This document shows positions 1 to 10,822 of a stretch of DNA of 64,000 nt, piece by piece. The number at the start of each line of letters is the position of its first letter. Within the stretch, counting starts at the first letter, position 1. The notes under the pieces were generated by a model that searched no databases, was not told the origin of the DNA, and saw only the letters and a list, made by a program, of their open reading frames with translations. Source of the stretch: an uncultured Latescibacterota bacterium (lineage in GTDB: Bacteria; Latescibacterota; UBA2968; UBA8231). A program made the position numbers and the translations under genes. Where the stretch lies: assembly GCA_951813615.1 (NCBI GenBank), contig OX638377.1, forward strand, positions 4,762,505 through 4,826,504, in the 5' to 3' direction.

Positions 1-248
1 GCACGAGCTATGTTCCGCGCTTGCGTATAGGTCACCGTGCCCTGCTTGACCAGCACGGCCGCGGGATTCGCAACACCTGGAACCTTGCCCCGTGCAATGC
101 GGTCGCGCATCTGCTGCACGCAGGCTTCGTACTGATCCTTGGGAACTTCAAGGACCTGCCCTAGATAGCGGTAATTCCCAGTTCTCGAATCGAACGCTGT
201 ATGAACCGTTGCGGATGCGTTCTGGCAATAGTTCGATTGAACGCGCAA
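1..248 (-). pseudogene. Fragment of a conserved hypothetical protein, runs off the window edge; 5' part appears truncated or frameshifted
   Basis: Manual translation from TTG at 248: LRVQSNYCQNASATVHTAFDSRTGNYRYLGQVLEVPKDQYEACVQQMRDRIARGKVPGVANPAAVLVKQGTVTYTQARNIAR, open to position 1. An in-frame TGA lies just upstream. Absent from the ORF track because there is no stop in the window. Confidence 0.4.
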
Positions 249-353
249 GTCCTCAACTCTCGCTCACCGGACCGGAAATGTGTTTGTTGCGCTGAAATTG
301 TACCCTAGCCATTTCCTCAAGTCTCTCCTTACGGCAACCTACGGCCAAGCCCA

Positions 354-1820
354 CTAACCGCTGGCGAGCGCCTGCTCTAGCTGCTGGCAAAACGTCTCGA
401 TGACCTTGAGGCGGGCGAAGCGTTTGTCATTGCCCTCCACCAAGGTCCAAGGAGCAGCGGGCGTGTGGGTGCGCGCTACCATGTCGTCAACCGCGACCTC
501 GTACTCGTCCCATTTCTCTCGGTTGCGCCAGTCTTCGTCGGTGATCTTCCAGCGCTTGTGCGGAGTCACCTGCCGCGCCTTGAAGCGCCGCAGTTGCTCA
601 TCTTTGTCTATGTGAATCCAGTATTTGGCCACCACCGCGCCGTGGTCTGTTAGCTGTTCCTCAAAATCGTTGATTTCGCCGTACGCTCGCTGCCAAGCTG
701 CTTCGTCGGCAAAGCCTTCGACGCGCTCGACCAGCACTCGGCCATACCAACTGCGGTCGAAAATCACCATCCGACCTGCGCGCGGCAGGGGACGCCAAAA
801 GCGCCAAAGGTAGTGTTGGGCGTGTTCCTCTTCCGTGGGAGCAGCGATTTGGGTGATCTGATAGATACTGGGGTCGAGGGCGGCAGTCAGGCGCTGGATG
901 ATCCCGCCCTTGCCCGCGGCATCGGCCCCCTCGAAAACCAAGACGGTCGAAACGCCCTTGCGGCGCGCCTGCTGCGTTAAGCGATAGAGTCGGCCTTGGT
1001 ATCGCTCAAGCAGGGCTTGGTACTCCTTCTTGGACACCCGCTGTTCCATGTCCAACTGGGTCAGCACGTTGGGTGCGGACAGCCAGTCTGATTCGACGAG
1101 CTTGGGACGGCTCTTTTTTTTGTCTAGGCGCTGACGGATGGCGTCGCGCGCGGCGTGGCCCACCGCCAATGTGCAGTGAGGGTCGCTGCCGTCGACAACC
1201 TGCCAACGAGCGCCTCGATTATCGGTCTTTTGCAGTAAGCGGTCGGCAGCTCGTTTGAACTCGTCGTAGTGCTCCAAGCCTTCTCTCGCATCCGAGTTCA
1301 CCCGCCAGCGGGTCAGCGGGTTCTGCTCCAAATTCGCAATGCGTTGCTGCCGCGCGTCTTGGTCCAAGTGAATCCACAACTTGATCAGCAGCGCACCATC
1401 AACGACGAGCGCGTTTTCAAAGGCCGCGATGCGGTCGGCAGCACGGTCAAAGGCCGCCTCATCGCTGCGCCCATGAGCCAAGTCGCGCAGCGGGCGATCG
1501 TACCAGCCGCTCAAGTATATGCCGATGGTTCCCTTCGGCGGTAGGGAGAGCCAATAGCGCCAGTACTCTGGGCGCTCGCGCTCCTCTGCGGACGGCGGCT
1601 CAAAGGCGCAAACCGCAATGCCGCGCGCGTCCATCCACTGCCTGAGCGCGTTGCTCGCCTCGCTCGTACCAGCGCCGGCGAAGCCCCCCAAGACGACGAG
1701 AGTTGGAAATCGAGCTTGCTGCAACCGCTCTTGAGCCGCGATCAGTTCCGTGCGCAGCTCGGATTCGAGCTTCTTGTATCGGCCGTTCGGAACGCCGCGC
1801 TCCTTCTCGTTGGTTGCCAT
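354..1820 (-). CDS. pap: Polyphosphate:AMP phosphotransferase (two-domain class II PPK2)
   Basis: Two PPK2 domains. The C-domain has EGADAAGKGG, FDRSWYGRVLVERVEG and KRWKITDEDWRNREKW. Start moved to ATG 1820 (MATNEK) behind GGAGAGG. Confidence 0.9.
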   Translation of the reverse strand: MATNEKERGVPNGRYKKLESELRTELIAAQERLQQARFPTLVVLGGFAGAGTSEASNALRQWMDARGIAVCAFEPPSAEERERPEYWRYWLSLPPKGTIGIYLSGWYDRPLRDLAHGRSDEAAFDRAADRIAAFENALVVDGALLIKLWIHLDQDARQQRIANLEQNPLTRWRVNSDAREGLEHYDEFKRAADRLLQKTDNRGARWQVVDGSDPHCTLAVGHAARDAIRQRLDKKKSRPKLVESDWLSAPNVLTQLDMEQRVSKKEYQALLERYQGRLYRLTQQARRKGVSTVLVFEGADAAGKGGIIQRLTAALDPSIYQITQIAAPTEEEHAQHYLWRFWRPLPRAGRMVIFDRSWYGRVLVERVEGFADEAAWQRAYGEINDFEEQLTDHGAVVAKYWIHIDKDEQLRRFKARQVTPHKRWKITDEDWRNREKWDEYEVAVDDMVARTHTPAAPWTLVEGNDKRFARLKVIETFCQQLEQALASG

Positions 1821-1964
1821 TAATCGCCTCTCCGCATTGCTAAAAAATAAGAAAAAAATCGTTTTTTCGCCTCTTGTGTATAGCCCACAACTTGCAGTGC
1901 GCCGATTGCCGACTACAGGGCAAAACCGTACCTTTTTGCACTCTTTGGCAAAGGAGCCTTTGGC

Positions 1965-3212
1965 ATGGAAGTACTCGGTGGGCCGCTTTTTGGCGTTGCC
2001 GGAGCAGGAGAATCGCACGGGCCGGCAATTGTCACCACGGTCTTCGGCTGTCCTCCCGGTCTGTGGGTGGAGCGCGCCCAGATCCAGCACTATCTCGACC
2101 GCCGCCGCCCCGGCAGCAACAAGCTGGGCACCCCCCGGCGGGAAGACGACCAAGTCGCCCTGCTGTCCGGCCTCTACTCAGAGGATCACGACCAACTCCT
2201 ATCCGGTCCGGCGCTGCACTTGCACCTAGACGAAGATGCGACGCCGATGCACACCTATGAAGCCGGCTTCACTACGGGTGAGCCAATCGCCGCGGCCGTG
2301 CTCTCAGCCGCCAAGCGCTCGGGCGATTACAAGCAGTTCGCCGGGCCGCAGGGCCACGTCCGGCCCGGGCATACCGACTTAGTCAAGCACTACAAATCGC
2401 GGGGGTTTGTCGATGTGCGCGGCGGCGGGCGTTCCAGCTACCGCTCGACCATCTCCGATGTCATCGGCGGCACCATTGCCCGCCTCTATCTAGCCGAGCA
2501 CTTCGGCACCGCCATTTTCTCTTCGATCTGCCAAGTCGGGCCGCTGGAGACGGGCACTTCCCTAGCGGCACGAGTCGCCAAACTAACCGAAGCCGAGGGG
2601 CAGCCTCTGTCGCCCGCAACGTGTGCCGCCCTTGAAAGCGAGTTGGAACGCGGGCCGCTCCGCGCGGTGGATGCGGATTTCGCTCATCAAGCCGCCGAAC
2701 TAATTGCCAAAACCCGCAAAGAGCAGGACTCCATCGGCGCGGCGCTCGAAGTAGTGGCCGTCAACGTGCCTCCCCTCGTCGGTGAACCGCTGTACCAAAG
2801 CCTGAAGTTGCGCCTGATGGGTAGCCTCGGCGGTCTGCACGCTGTGCAAGCCTGCGAAATAGGCACGGGCAGCGCTTCGTCTGCGCGCCGAGGCAGCGAG
2901 CACAACGACCCCATCCGCACTAGCGGATACCAGAGCAACAGCCACGGCGGCTTGCTCGGCGGCGTGACCACGGGTATGCCGCTCGTATGCCGCTTGAGTT
3001 TCAAGCCCACGGCCACCATCGCCCAGCCCCAAGATTCCGTGCGCAAAGATCTAGAAGAAATTGAGTTTCAACTCGCCAAGGGCCGCCACGACCCCTGCGT
3101 AGGCGTGCGCGCTGGCGCAACCCTAGAGTCGCGGCTGGCCATCGAACTGATGAACGCCGTGCTCATGCACCAAGCGCGCTGCATGGATGCGGAAAATTTC
3201 AAGCTTTTCTAA
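1965..3212 (+). CDS. aroC: Chorismate synthase
   Basis: GESHG, RPGH, RGGGRSS, GGLLGGVTTG, FKPTATI and GRHDPC motifs. Confidence 0.92.
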   Translation: MEVLGGPLFGVAGAGESHGPAIVTTVFGCPPGLWVERAQIQHYLDRRRPGSNKLGTPRREDDQVALLSGLYSEDHDQLLSGPALHLHLDEDATPMHTYEAGFTTGEPIAAAVLSAAKRSGDYKQFAGPQGHVRPGHTDLVKHYKSRGFVDVRGGGRSSYRSTISDVIGGTIARLYLAEHFGTAIFSSICQVGPLETGTSLAARVAKLTEAEGQPLSPATCAALESELERGPLRAVDADFAHQAAELIAKTRKEQDSIGAALEVVAVNVPPLVGEPLYQSLKLRLMGSLGGLHAVQACEIGTGSASSARRGSEHNDPIRTSGYQSNSHGGLLGGVTTGMPLVCRLSFKPTATIAQPQDSVRKDLEEIEFQLAKGRHDPCVGVRAGATLESRLAIELMNAVLMHQARCMDAENFKLF

Positions 3213-3215
3213 CGC

Positions 3216-4262
3216 TCACAGCGCGGGCATCTCCACGCCCAACTCCGCCGCCACTTTGCCGATTTCATCCCAAGTGGGTTGCGGTAAATCAATGCCTTCG
3301 GCCAGCAGCCGCGCCCTAGTCTGCTGTTCGAGATCGCCGGGTGCATAGACTTTTTCAAACCCGGGCAAGGGCCGAGCCGAGCACACCCATTGGGCCATCG
3401 CTTCGACTTCGCGCTCGTACGAGTCCAAGTCGATAAAGTCCTCGATATTGATCGCTAGGACCATGATCCCGTTGCCGCCGCTGCCGCCTTCTTTAGTGCA
3501 GCCAGCATGTGAGAGCGGCCCCACCAACATTTCCACCATCATCGCCAGTCCGCTGCCCTTGTGGCCAAACTGCATGCCGCCCAACGGCAAGACGCCGGTG
3601 CCCTCGGCGTCGTCTAAATAGCGCTGGGCGTCGGTGACGGGCTGGCCTTCCTGATCTATAACCCACCCCTCGGGCATAGGCTCCTGGCGAATGTTTTTCT
3701 GCACGATTTTGCCACCGGCCACGACGGTCATGGTCATATCGAGCATGAACGGCGGACCATTCTGGCGCGGGGCGGAAAAGGCGATCGGCTCGGGACGCAG
3801 GCGGCGGTCGGCCGAGCCGAAGGGCGCGAGGAAGAGACCACCGCCATTGAGCCAAACCATGCCGATCATGCCCTTCTCGGCGATCCGCGGCGGATAGTCG
3901 CCGAGACGGCAGATATGGGTGATGTGGTTGAGACCGACAAAGCCGAAGGTGGAGTTTTGGGCTTTTTCAACGGCAATGTCGAGGGCGCGATTGACGGCGA
4001 CGATGCCGTTGGCCCCCTTGCCATTGATGACCCTGAGCACGGGGGTGTCGCGCACGACTTCGGTCTCTTCCCAGCGGACGTAGTTATTCTGCATGCCACG
4101 GGCGTAGCCGGAGACTAGCCAAGTGCCGTGCGAGTCGTGGCCGTGCAGGTGGCTTTCGACGACGTGGTCGGCGACGATAAGGGCGTCATCTGCGGGAATA
4201 CCAGTAGCGGCAAAAATGCGATAACAGAGGTCTTTGAGGATGTCGTGTTGGACTACGGGCAT
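3216..4262 (-). CDS. Ldh_2 family (malate/L-lactate/ureidoglycolate-type) oxidoreductase
   Basis: GHDSHG, LDMTMT, GVLPLGG...GHKGSGL and VYAPGD motifs. Confidence 0.85.
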   Translation of the reverse strand: MPVVQHDILKDLCYRIFAATGIPADDALIVADHVVESHLHGHDSHGTWLVSGYARGMQNNYVRWEETEVVRDTPVLRVINGKGANGIVAVNRALDIAVEKAQNSTFGFVGLNHITHICRLGDYPPRIAEKGMIGMVWLNGGGLFLAPFGSADRRLRPEPIAFSAPRQNGPPFMLDMTMTVVAGGKIVQKNIRQEPMPEGWVIDQEGQPVTDAQRYLDDAEGTGVLPLGGMQFGHKGSGLAMMVEMLVGPLSHAGCTKEGGSGGNGIMVLAINIEDFIDLDSYEREVEAMAQWVCSARPLPGFEKVYAPGDLEQQTRARLLAEGIDLPQPTWDEIGKVAAELGVEMPAL

Positions 4263-4289
4263 GAAAAGTCCTTTAGATGGGTGTGCTTC

Positions 4290-5372
<1,083 letters not shown>

Positions 5373-5393
5373 CTTCCGTAGATACTCCTTTTG

Positions 5394-5440
5394 CTAGGGT
5401 TTAACTAGGGTTTAATAGCAGGTAAAAACTTAGGTAAAAA
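5394..5440. repeat. Short direct repeats upstream of carA (CTAGGGTTTAA x2; AGGTAAAAA x2)
   Basis: Perfect 11-bp tandem at 5394-5404/5405-5415; AGGTAAAAA at 5420 and 5432. Confidence 0.75.
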
Positions 5441-5461
5441 AAAGCGCCCTGAACAGGCGGC

Positions 5462-6511
5462 TCATTCCGGTGCCGAATCGGTCAGGTCTTGGCGCTCCTG
5501 CCGCGCTCGTTCCTGCATATCGACGGCCGGATCGAATTCGCCGACGATTTCCTGGCCGACAATTTCTTCAATCACGTCCTCTAGGGTAACAATGCCGGCG
5601 AAGCCACCGTATTCATCGACGACGGCAAAAAGGTGCTCGCGCCGCTGGATGAATTCTTCGAGCAGGCGGCTGGCCCGCGCCGACTCGGGCACCGAATGGA
5701 TGGAGCGGCTCACCTCAGAGAGTTTAGCTTGGTCGCGGCCATCGGCCAAGGCGCTGAACGCATCGCGCCGCAGCACCAAGCCGACGATGTTTTCCCGCTC
5801 TCCCTGATAGAGGGGCACCCGGCTGTGGTCCCAGCCACCGGACTGCTCGCGGGCCTCAGCCAAGGTCAAGTCTCGGTCGAGGCAGTGGACCACTGTGCGC
5901 GGGGTCATAATATCGCGCGCCCGCAACTCGTCGAGCTTGAGGATGTTTTGGATGACGCGCTCTTGGTCGTGGGAGATGGTGCCGGAGTGACGGCTCATCC
6001 GCGCGATAATCTCAATCTCTTCCGGCACGACCTCCGGCACGTCGGGTGCCCCAGCGGTGATGAACTGAACGATGAATTTGTTGAGCCAGATAAAGGGCGC
6101 GAACAGCCATACCAGCCATTGGATCGGGCGAGCTATAAACCGGGCGAGAACGCGGGCATGCACCACCCCCACCGTCTTGGGAAGAATCTCCGTAAAGATG
6201 AGTACCGCCAGCGAGAAGGCGATGATAAAGTACGTCTCCCAAGTCCGCGGAAATACTCCGACAAAGGCGGCACCGGCGATGGCAGCACCACCAGTATGGG
6301 CCAAGGTATTGAGCGTGAGGATGGCTGAGATAGGACGCTGGATATCCGCATGCAAGCTCTTGAGGATCTTACCCGAAGTGCGCCCTTGGTCGGCCAGCAT
6401 TTCGATCTGACTGGCGGGCAGCGAGTAGAGCGCAGCTTCCAAGAGCGAACAAACACAAGATACAACGAGGACGACGCTGACGGATAGGATTAGCTCAAAT
6501 TCAGGAGTCAT
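5462..6511 (-). CDS. CNNM/CBS-domain (HlyC/CorC family) membrane protein
   Basis: CSLLEAAL, EILPKT, DIMTPR, HSRVP and VVDEYGG...TLEDVIEEIVG motifs. Confidence 0.9.
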   Translation of the reverse strand: MTPEFELILSVSVVLVVSCVCSLLEAALYSLPASQIEMLADQGRTSGKILKSLHADIQRPISAILTLNTLAHTGGAAIAGAAFVGVFPRTWETYFIIAFSLAVLIFTEILPKTVGVVHARVLARFIARPIQWLVWLFAPFIWLNKFIVQFITAGAPDVPEVVPEEIEIIARMSRHSGTISHDQERVIQNILKLDELRARDIMTPRTVVHCLDRDLTLAEAREQSGGWDHSRVPLYQGERENIVGLVLRRDAFSALADGRDQAKLSEVSRSIHSVPESARASRLLEEFIQRREHLFAVVDEYGGFAGIVTLEDVIEEIVGQEIVGEFDPAVDMQERARQERQDLTDSAPE

Positions 6512-6528
6512 AGACGCGAGGACAATTT

Positions 6529-6564
6529 AAAAAAGAGAGGGACTCCCCACCGGGAATCCCTCTC
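6529..6564 (-). terminator. Intrinsic terminator after the SWIB gene
   Basis: GAGAGGGA...TCCCTCTC stem followed by a T-run on the minus strand. Confidence 0.7.
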
Positions 6565-6600
6565 AATATACTGGACCATAACGTCTTGATCCAGGAGTAG

Positions 6601-7194
6601 CTATTCTACGTGCTGATTGACCTGTTTGGTCAAGTCAAACATGCTCACTTTTTTCTTGCCGCCTAAGACAGCTCGAAGCTTATCGTCGGCATTGATCATG
6701 CGCTTGTTTTTTTGGTCTTGCAGACCATTCTTCTTGATGTACGCCCAAACCTTTTTGGTGATCTGAGTACGCGGCAAGGGCTTGTTACCGACGATGGCCC
6801 CTAAGGCGGCGTCGGGCTGCAAGGGCCTCATAAAGGCGGGATTAGGCTTGCGTTTCGCCTTCTTTTTAGCAGTGGGCTTTTTCTTAGCAGCCTTCTTCTT
6901 AGCGGCGGCTTTCTTCTTAGGAGCAGCCTTCTTCTTAGCGGCGGCTTTCTTCTTAGGAGCAGCCTTCTTCTTAGCGGCGGCTTTCTTCTTAGGAGCAGCC
7001 TTCTTAGCGGCGGCTTTCTTCTTAGGAGCAGCCTTCTTAGCGGCAGCCTTTTTCTTAGGAGCAGCCTTCTTAGCGGCGGCTTTCTTCTTAGGAGCAGCCT
7101 TCTTAGCGGCAGCCTTTTTCTTAGGAGCAGCCTTCTTAGCGGCAGCCTTTTTCTTAGGAGCAGCCTTCTTGGCAGCAGCCTTCTTCTTAGCCAT
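6601..7194 (-). CDS. Histone H1-like Lys/Ala repeat protein fused to a SWIB/MDM2 domain
   Basis: About 100 aa of KKKAAAKKAAP repeats, then a SWIB domain (PRTQITKKVWAYIKKNGLQD...INADDKL...VSMF). Confidence 0.9.
   Translation of the reverse strand: MAKKKAAAKKAAPKKKAAAKKAAPKKKAAAKKAAPKKKAAAKKAAPKKKAAAKKAAPKKKAAAKKAAPKKKAAAKKKAAPKKKAAAKKKAAPKKKAAAKKKAAKKKPTAKKKAKRKPNPAFMRPLQPDAALGAIVGNKPLPRTQITKKVWAYIKKNGLQDQKNKRMINADDKLRAVLGGKKKVSMFDLTKQVNQHVE
6886..7188 (-). repeat. Coding tandem repeat of 33/36-bp units
   Basis: 6x KKKAAAKKAAP, 2x KKKAAAKKKAAP and one partial unit; near-identical at DNA level. Confidence 0.95.
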
Positions 7195-7337
7195 GCGAAA
7201 TTCTCCTTTGGTTAGGTTAGGAATAAAAGCCGCGGAAAGGGTTTGAAAATCTGAGGATTCGGCTTATCGGCCTCTCCCACCTCGTAAAATTTAAGGCCGA
7301 TCTACCCGTTTTGTGAAGCTACACACCTTATCTTTCC

Positions 7338-7365
7338 AATATAGTACGAGGGCCGTATAAGTCAA
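7338..7365 (-). promoter_or_regulatory. Sigma70-like promoter for the SWIB gene
   Basis: TTGACT-16nt-TATATT on the minus strand. Confidence 0.55.
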
Positions 7366-7487
7366 GCAAAAATGTAGCTTTTTCATAGGAGAAACGCTCT
7401 CATTAGGGGCGTTTGACATAATCTGCTAAAACGGCCATTTTAATTTTGCACTTGGGATTTGTCGTATTTCATCGGGTCTAAAAATTG

Positions 7488-8294
7488 ATGATCGAAAAAA
7501 TCAAATTGGGATTTGTGGGCACCGGCAACATGGGACGGGCGCTGATTGAAGGTTTAGTCGGCCAGTTTCCTGCGGGTCAGATAACCGCGACCGACATTCG
7601 GCCAGAAGCACTCGAAGGCTTGTCGGCATTGGGCGTTCACACCAGCACCGACACTGTAGATGCAGTCCGCGGTCAGGACTTGGTCGTGTTGGTACTCAAG
7701 CCGCAAGTGGCCGCTCCAGTATTGGAGAAACTAGCCGCGCATTTTAACACCCAGCAGGTCGTCGTCTCGCTCATGGCCGGCGTATCGACCGCCCAGCTCG
7801 AAGAGCTACTGCCCGCGCAAATGCCCGTGGTGCGCGTCATGCCACAGACGCTGGTGAGAGTCAGGGGTGCGGCGTGCGCCCTCTGCGCTGGTCGCGCAAC
7901 CAGCACAGAACAGGTGGCGCTAGTGCGCGCTCTTTTCGACTTGGTCGGCACGATGGTCGAAGTCACCGAAAGTCTCATGGACGCCGTTACAGGGCTCTCC
8001 GGCAGTGGCCCGGCTTGGGCGTACACCGTCGTCGAGGCTCTAACCGATGGCGGCGTGCGCGCCGGTCTGCCGCGCGAAACCGCATTAACACTCGCCGCGC
8101 AAACCCTGCTCGGTGCCGCGCGTCTCGTACTCGAAAGCGGCGAGCATCCGGCCGTGCTTAGAGACCAAGTTACTTCGCCGGGTGGGACTACGTCCGCCGG
8201 ATTGCACAAACTAGAAGAAAAGGGCCTGCGCGACGCGCTAATCAGCGCCGTGCTAGCTGCGGCCGAGCGCTCCGCCGAGCTGGGGCAATCGTGA
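7488..8294 (+). CDS. proC: Pyrroline-5-carboxylate reductase
   Basis: GFVGTGNMG, VVRVMP, TGLSGSGPA, VTSPGGTT. Confidence 0.95.
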   Translation: MIEKIKLGFVGTGNMGRALIEGLVGQFPAGQITATDIRPEALEGLSALGVHTSTDTVDAVRGQDLVVLVLKPQVAAPVLEKLAAHFNTQQVVVSLMAGVSTAQLEELLPAQMPVVRVMPQTLVRVRGAACALCAGRATSTEQVALVRALFDLVGTMVEVTESLMDAVTGLSGSGPAWAYTVVEALTDGGVRAGLPRETALTLAAQTLLGAARLVLESGEHPAVLRDQVTSPGGTTSAGLHKLEEKGLRDALISAVLAAAERSAELGQS

Positions 8295-8893
8295 TCGCAG
8301 TCATCGACTACGGCATGGGCAATCTGCGCAGCGTGCAGAAAGCCTTCGAATTCCTTGGCTATGAAGCCGAGATCGTCGAAGACCCCGAGCGCCTAAGCGC
8401 AGCCACGCATATCGTATTGCCCGGCGACGCGGCCTTTGGCGATGCCATGCACAACTTGCAGGTCGCCGGGTGGGACGCGGCCATCGCCGAGGGACTCGCA
8501 GCCAACAAGCCCTTCTTGGGCATCTGCGTGGGGCTACAGCTCATGTTCGAGGAAAGTGAAGAAATGGGGCAGCATCGCGGCCTCGGAATCCTGCCGGGCA
8601 AATGCGTGCGGTTTCCTCCTACCGAGCGAGTGCCGCACATCGGCTGGAACCAAATCGCCATCAAGCGCAAGGTCTCGCTTTTAGAGGGCGTACCCGAAGG
8701 AAGTTTTTTTTATTTTGTCCATTCGTATTACGTGGCAAACGACAACAAAGACGATTGCGTTGCCACGACCGACTACGGGATTGACTACACCTCAGTCGCC
8801 GGGAGCGACCGCGTCTTTGGTGTGCAATTCCATCCAGAAAAGAGCCAAGTCCACGGCTTGCGTCTTCTCGACAATTTCGCGCGCCTGCGCTGA
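8291..8893 (+). CDS. hisH: Imidazole glycerol phosphate synthase, glutaminase subunit
   Basis: IDYGMGNLRSV, GICVGLQ, PHIGWN, YFVHSY, QFHPEKS. Confidence 0.96.
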   Translation: MIAVIDYGMGNLRSVQKAFEFLGYEAEIVEDPERLSAATHIVLPGDAAFGDAMHNLQVAGWDAAIAEGLAANKPFLGICVGLQLMFEESEEMGQHRGLGILPGKCVRFPPTERVPHIGWNQIAIKRKVSLLEGVPEGSFFYFVHSYYVANDNKDDCVATTDYGIDYTSVAGSDRVFGVQFHPEKSQVHGLRLLDNFARLR

Positions 8894-8899
8894 AGAAAT

Positions 8900-9673
8900 A
8901 TGCTTGCCAAGCGAATCATTCCCTGTCTAGATGTAAAAAATGGCCGCAACGTGCGCGGGGTGCGCTTCTCGGCCGACCGCGACGCCGGCGACCCCGTTGA
9001 ACTCGCCGAGCGCTACGACGCCGAAGGCGCAGACGAGCTGGTCTTCTACGACATCACGGCTTCAGCCGATGGCCGCGCTATCGTCATGGACCTCGTGCGC
9101 CAAGTCTCCGAGCGGGTCTTCATTCCCCTGATGGTCGGCGGCGGTATCCGCACCTTCGCGGACGTGCGCCACATTCTCAAGACCGGTGCCGACAAGGTGT
9201 CGATCAACTCGGCTCATGTGTATTCGCCGGAAATCATCAACCAAAGCGCGGAGAGCTTCGGCTCGCAGTGCATTGTCGCGGCTATCGACGCGCTCAGGCG
9301 TCCGACTGCGCCCGGCGAGCCACCGTCGTGGGAGCTGTACATCAACGGCGGGCGCAAGGCCACCGGCATCGATGCCCTAGAGTGGGTGGAGGCCCTCGTC
9401 GATCGCGGGGCGGGCGAGTTGGTGCTCAACAGCATCGACGCCGATGGAACGCGCGCCGGGTACGACCTCGAACTAAACCAAGCCGTGGCGCGCATTGTGG
9501 ATGTGCCCATCGTCGCCTCGGGTGGCGCTGGCAACCTCGACCACATCCACGAGGTGCTGACCGAAGGCGAGGCCAGCGCCGCGCTGGCGGCCTCCATCTT
9601 CCACTACCAGCACTACTCGATTCCCGAAGTCAAGAGCTTCCTGCGCCAGCGCGGGGTGATGGTGCGCCAGTGA
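8900..9673 (+). CDS. hisF: Imidazole glycerol phosphate synthase, cyclase subunit
   Basis: [44 protein letters not shown]. Confidence 0.97.
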   Translation: MLAKRIIPCLDVKNGRNVRGVRFSADRDAGDPVELAERYDAEGADELVFYDITASADGRAIVMDLVRQVSERVFIPLMVGGGIRTFADVRHILKTGADKVSINSAHVYSPEIINQSAESFGSQCIVAAIDALRRPTAPGEPPSWELYINGGRKATGIDALEWVEALVDRGAGELVLNSIDADGTRAGYDLELNQAVARIVDVPIVASGGAGNLDHIHEVLTEGEASAALAASIFHYQHYSIPEVKSFLRQRGVMVRQ

Positions 9674-10815
9674 CCGAGGTAAGCGAAGTACCGCGACAGG
9701 CCCTGATGGGTCAGGTGCAGCGACTGGTGGTCAAGATCGGCAGCAGCGCCCTGACCACCCAGAGCCACGCGCTCGACGATGCGGTCGTCACCCAACTCGT
9801 CGAAGATGTAGTCGAATTGCGCTCACAGGGACTGGAGGTAGCGGTCGTCACCTCGGGGGCGGTGGCGGCAGGCATGGGCCAGTTGGAACTGGACAAACGC
9901 CCGGACAACATCGCCCAACTACAAGCCCTCGCAGCTATCGGCCAAGTGCTCTTGATGGATGTCTACAAGGACAAGTTCCGCGGCCGAGGCGTGCCCATCG
10001 GCCAAGTGCTCTTAACGGCCGAGGACATCCTCGGCGACCGCCATCGCTACGTAAATCTCGAAAACACCTTCCGCAACCTCTTCGCCTATGGAGCCGTGCC
10101 CCTAATCAACGAAAACGACAGCGTCGCCGTTGCCGAACTCCGACGCCAACTCGGGGAAAACGACATGCTCGCTGCTTATGTGACGAATCTGATCCGGGCG
10201 GATATGCTGGTCATTTTCTCGGATGTCGAGGGGCTCTACCACGCCTTCGGCCCGCGCGGTCCCGCAGGCAAGCTAGTGAGCCAAGTAACCCAAGATAGCT
10301 CCGATCTAGAGGGGATGATCGGCCGCTCGCTCGACGGGCGCGGCAGCGGCGGTATGGCGACTAAGCTGCGAGCTGCGCGGCTCTTGATGGCCTGCGGTGA
10401 AATGGCGGTCATTGCGCACGGGCGCAAACACCGATTGCGCCATATCCTCGCCGGCTGCGAGCAGGGGACGCTCTTTCTGCCGACCGGCCGCAAGCTCAAT
10501 AGCCGGCATCGCTGGATCGGCTTCGCCAGCCAGTGTCGCGGCAGCGCCGTGATCGACCGCGGAGCCCAACGCGCCATCGCCGAGCAGGACAAGAGCCTGC
10601 TCCCGGTGGGGGTCGTCTCCTGCGAGGGCGAGTTTGCCGCAGGCGACGTGGTACAGGTGATCGGCGAGAACGGCGAGAAATTAGGGCGGGGGTTGTCTCG
10701 CTATTCGGCCTCTGAGCTGCGCCGCATACTAGGCATGAACTCGCCCGAAGTCACCAGCGCGCTGGGCCGCCCTGCCCGCGAAGTCATTCACCGCGACGAC
10801 CTCGTCTTATTCTAA
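9670..10815 (+). CDS. proB: Glutamate 5-kinase with PUA domain
   Basis: [47 protein letters not shown] start overlaps the hisF stop (GTGA). Confidence 0.95.
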   Translation: MTEVSEVPRQALMGQVQRLVVKIGSSALTTQSHALDDAVVTQLVEDVVELRSQGLEVAVVTSGAVAAGMGQLELDKRPDNIAQLQALAAIGQVLLMDVYKDKFRGRGVPIGQVLLTAEDILGDRHRYVNLENTFRNLFAYGAVPLINENDSVAVAELRRQLGENDMLAAYVTNLIRADMLVIFSDVEGLYHAFGPRGPAGKLVSQVTQDSSDLEGMIGRSLDGRGSGGMATKLRAARLLMACGEMAVIAHGRKHRLRHILAGCEQGTLFLPTGRKLNSRHRWIGFASQCRGSAVIDRGAQRAIAEQDKSLLPVGVVSCEGEFAAGDVVQVIGENGEKLGRGLSRYSASELRRILGMNSPEVTSALGRPAREVIHRDDLVLF

Positions 10816-10822
10816 AATCGCC

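Noticed and set aside
1640-1710. Degenerate Walker A in the first PPK2 domain as a sign of decay
   Set aside because: A degenerate N-terminal domain is typical of two-domain class II PPK2.
6886-7188. CRISPR array
   Set aside because: Repeats are contiguous, in frame and lack unique spacers; no cas genes.
9268-9669. N-terminal extensions of ORF-track calls (proB; also pap, recO, tig, permease, gltD)
   Set aside because: They overlap neighbouring genes or the tRNA; downstream starts with SD or stop-start coupling fit the family N-termini.
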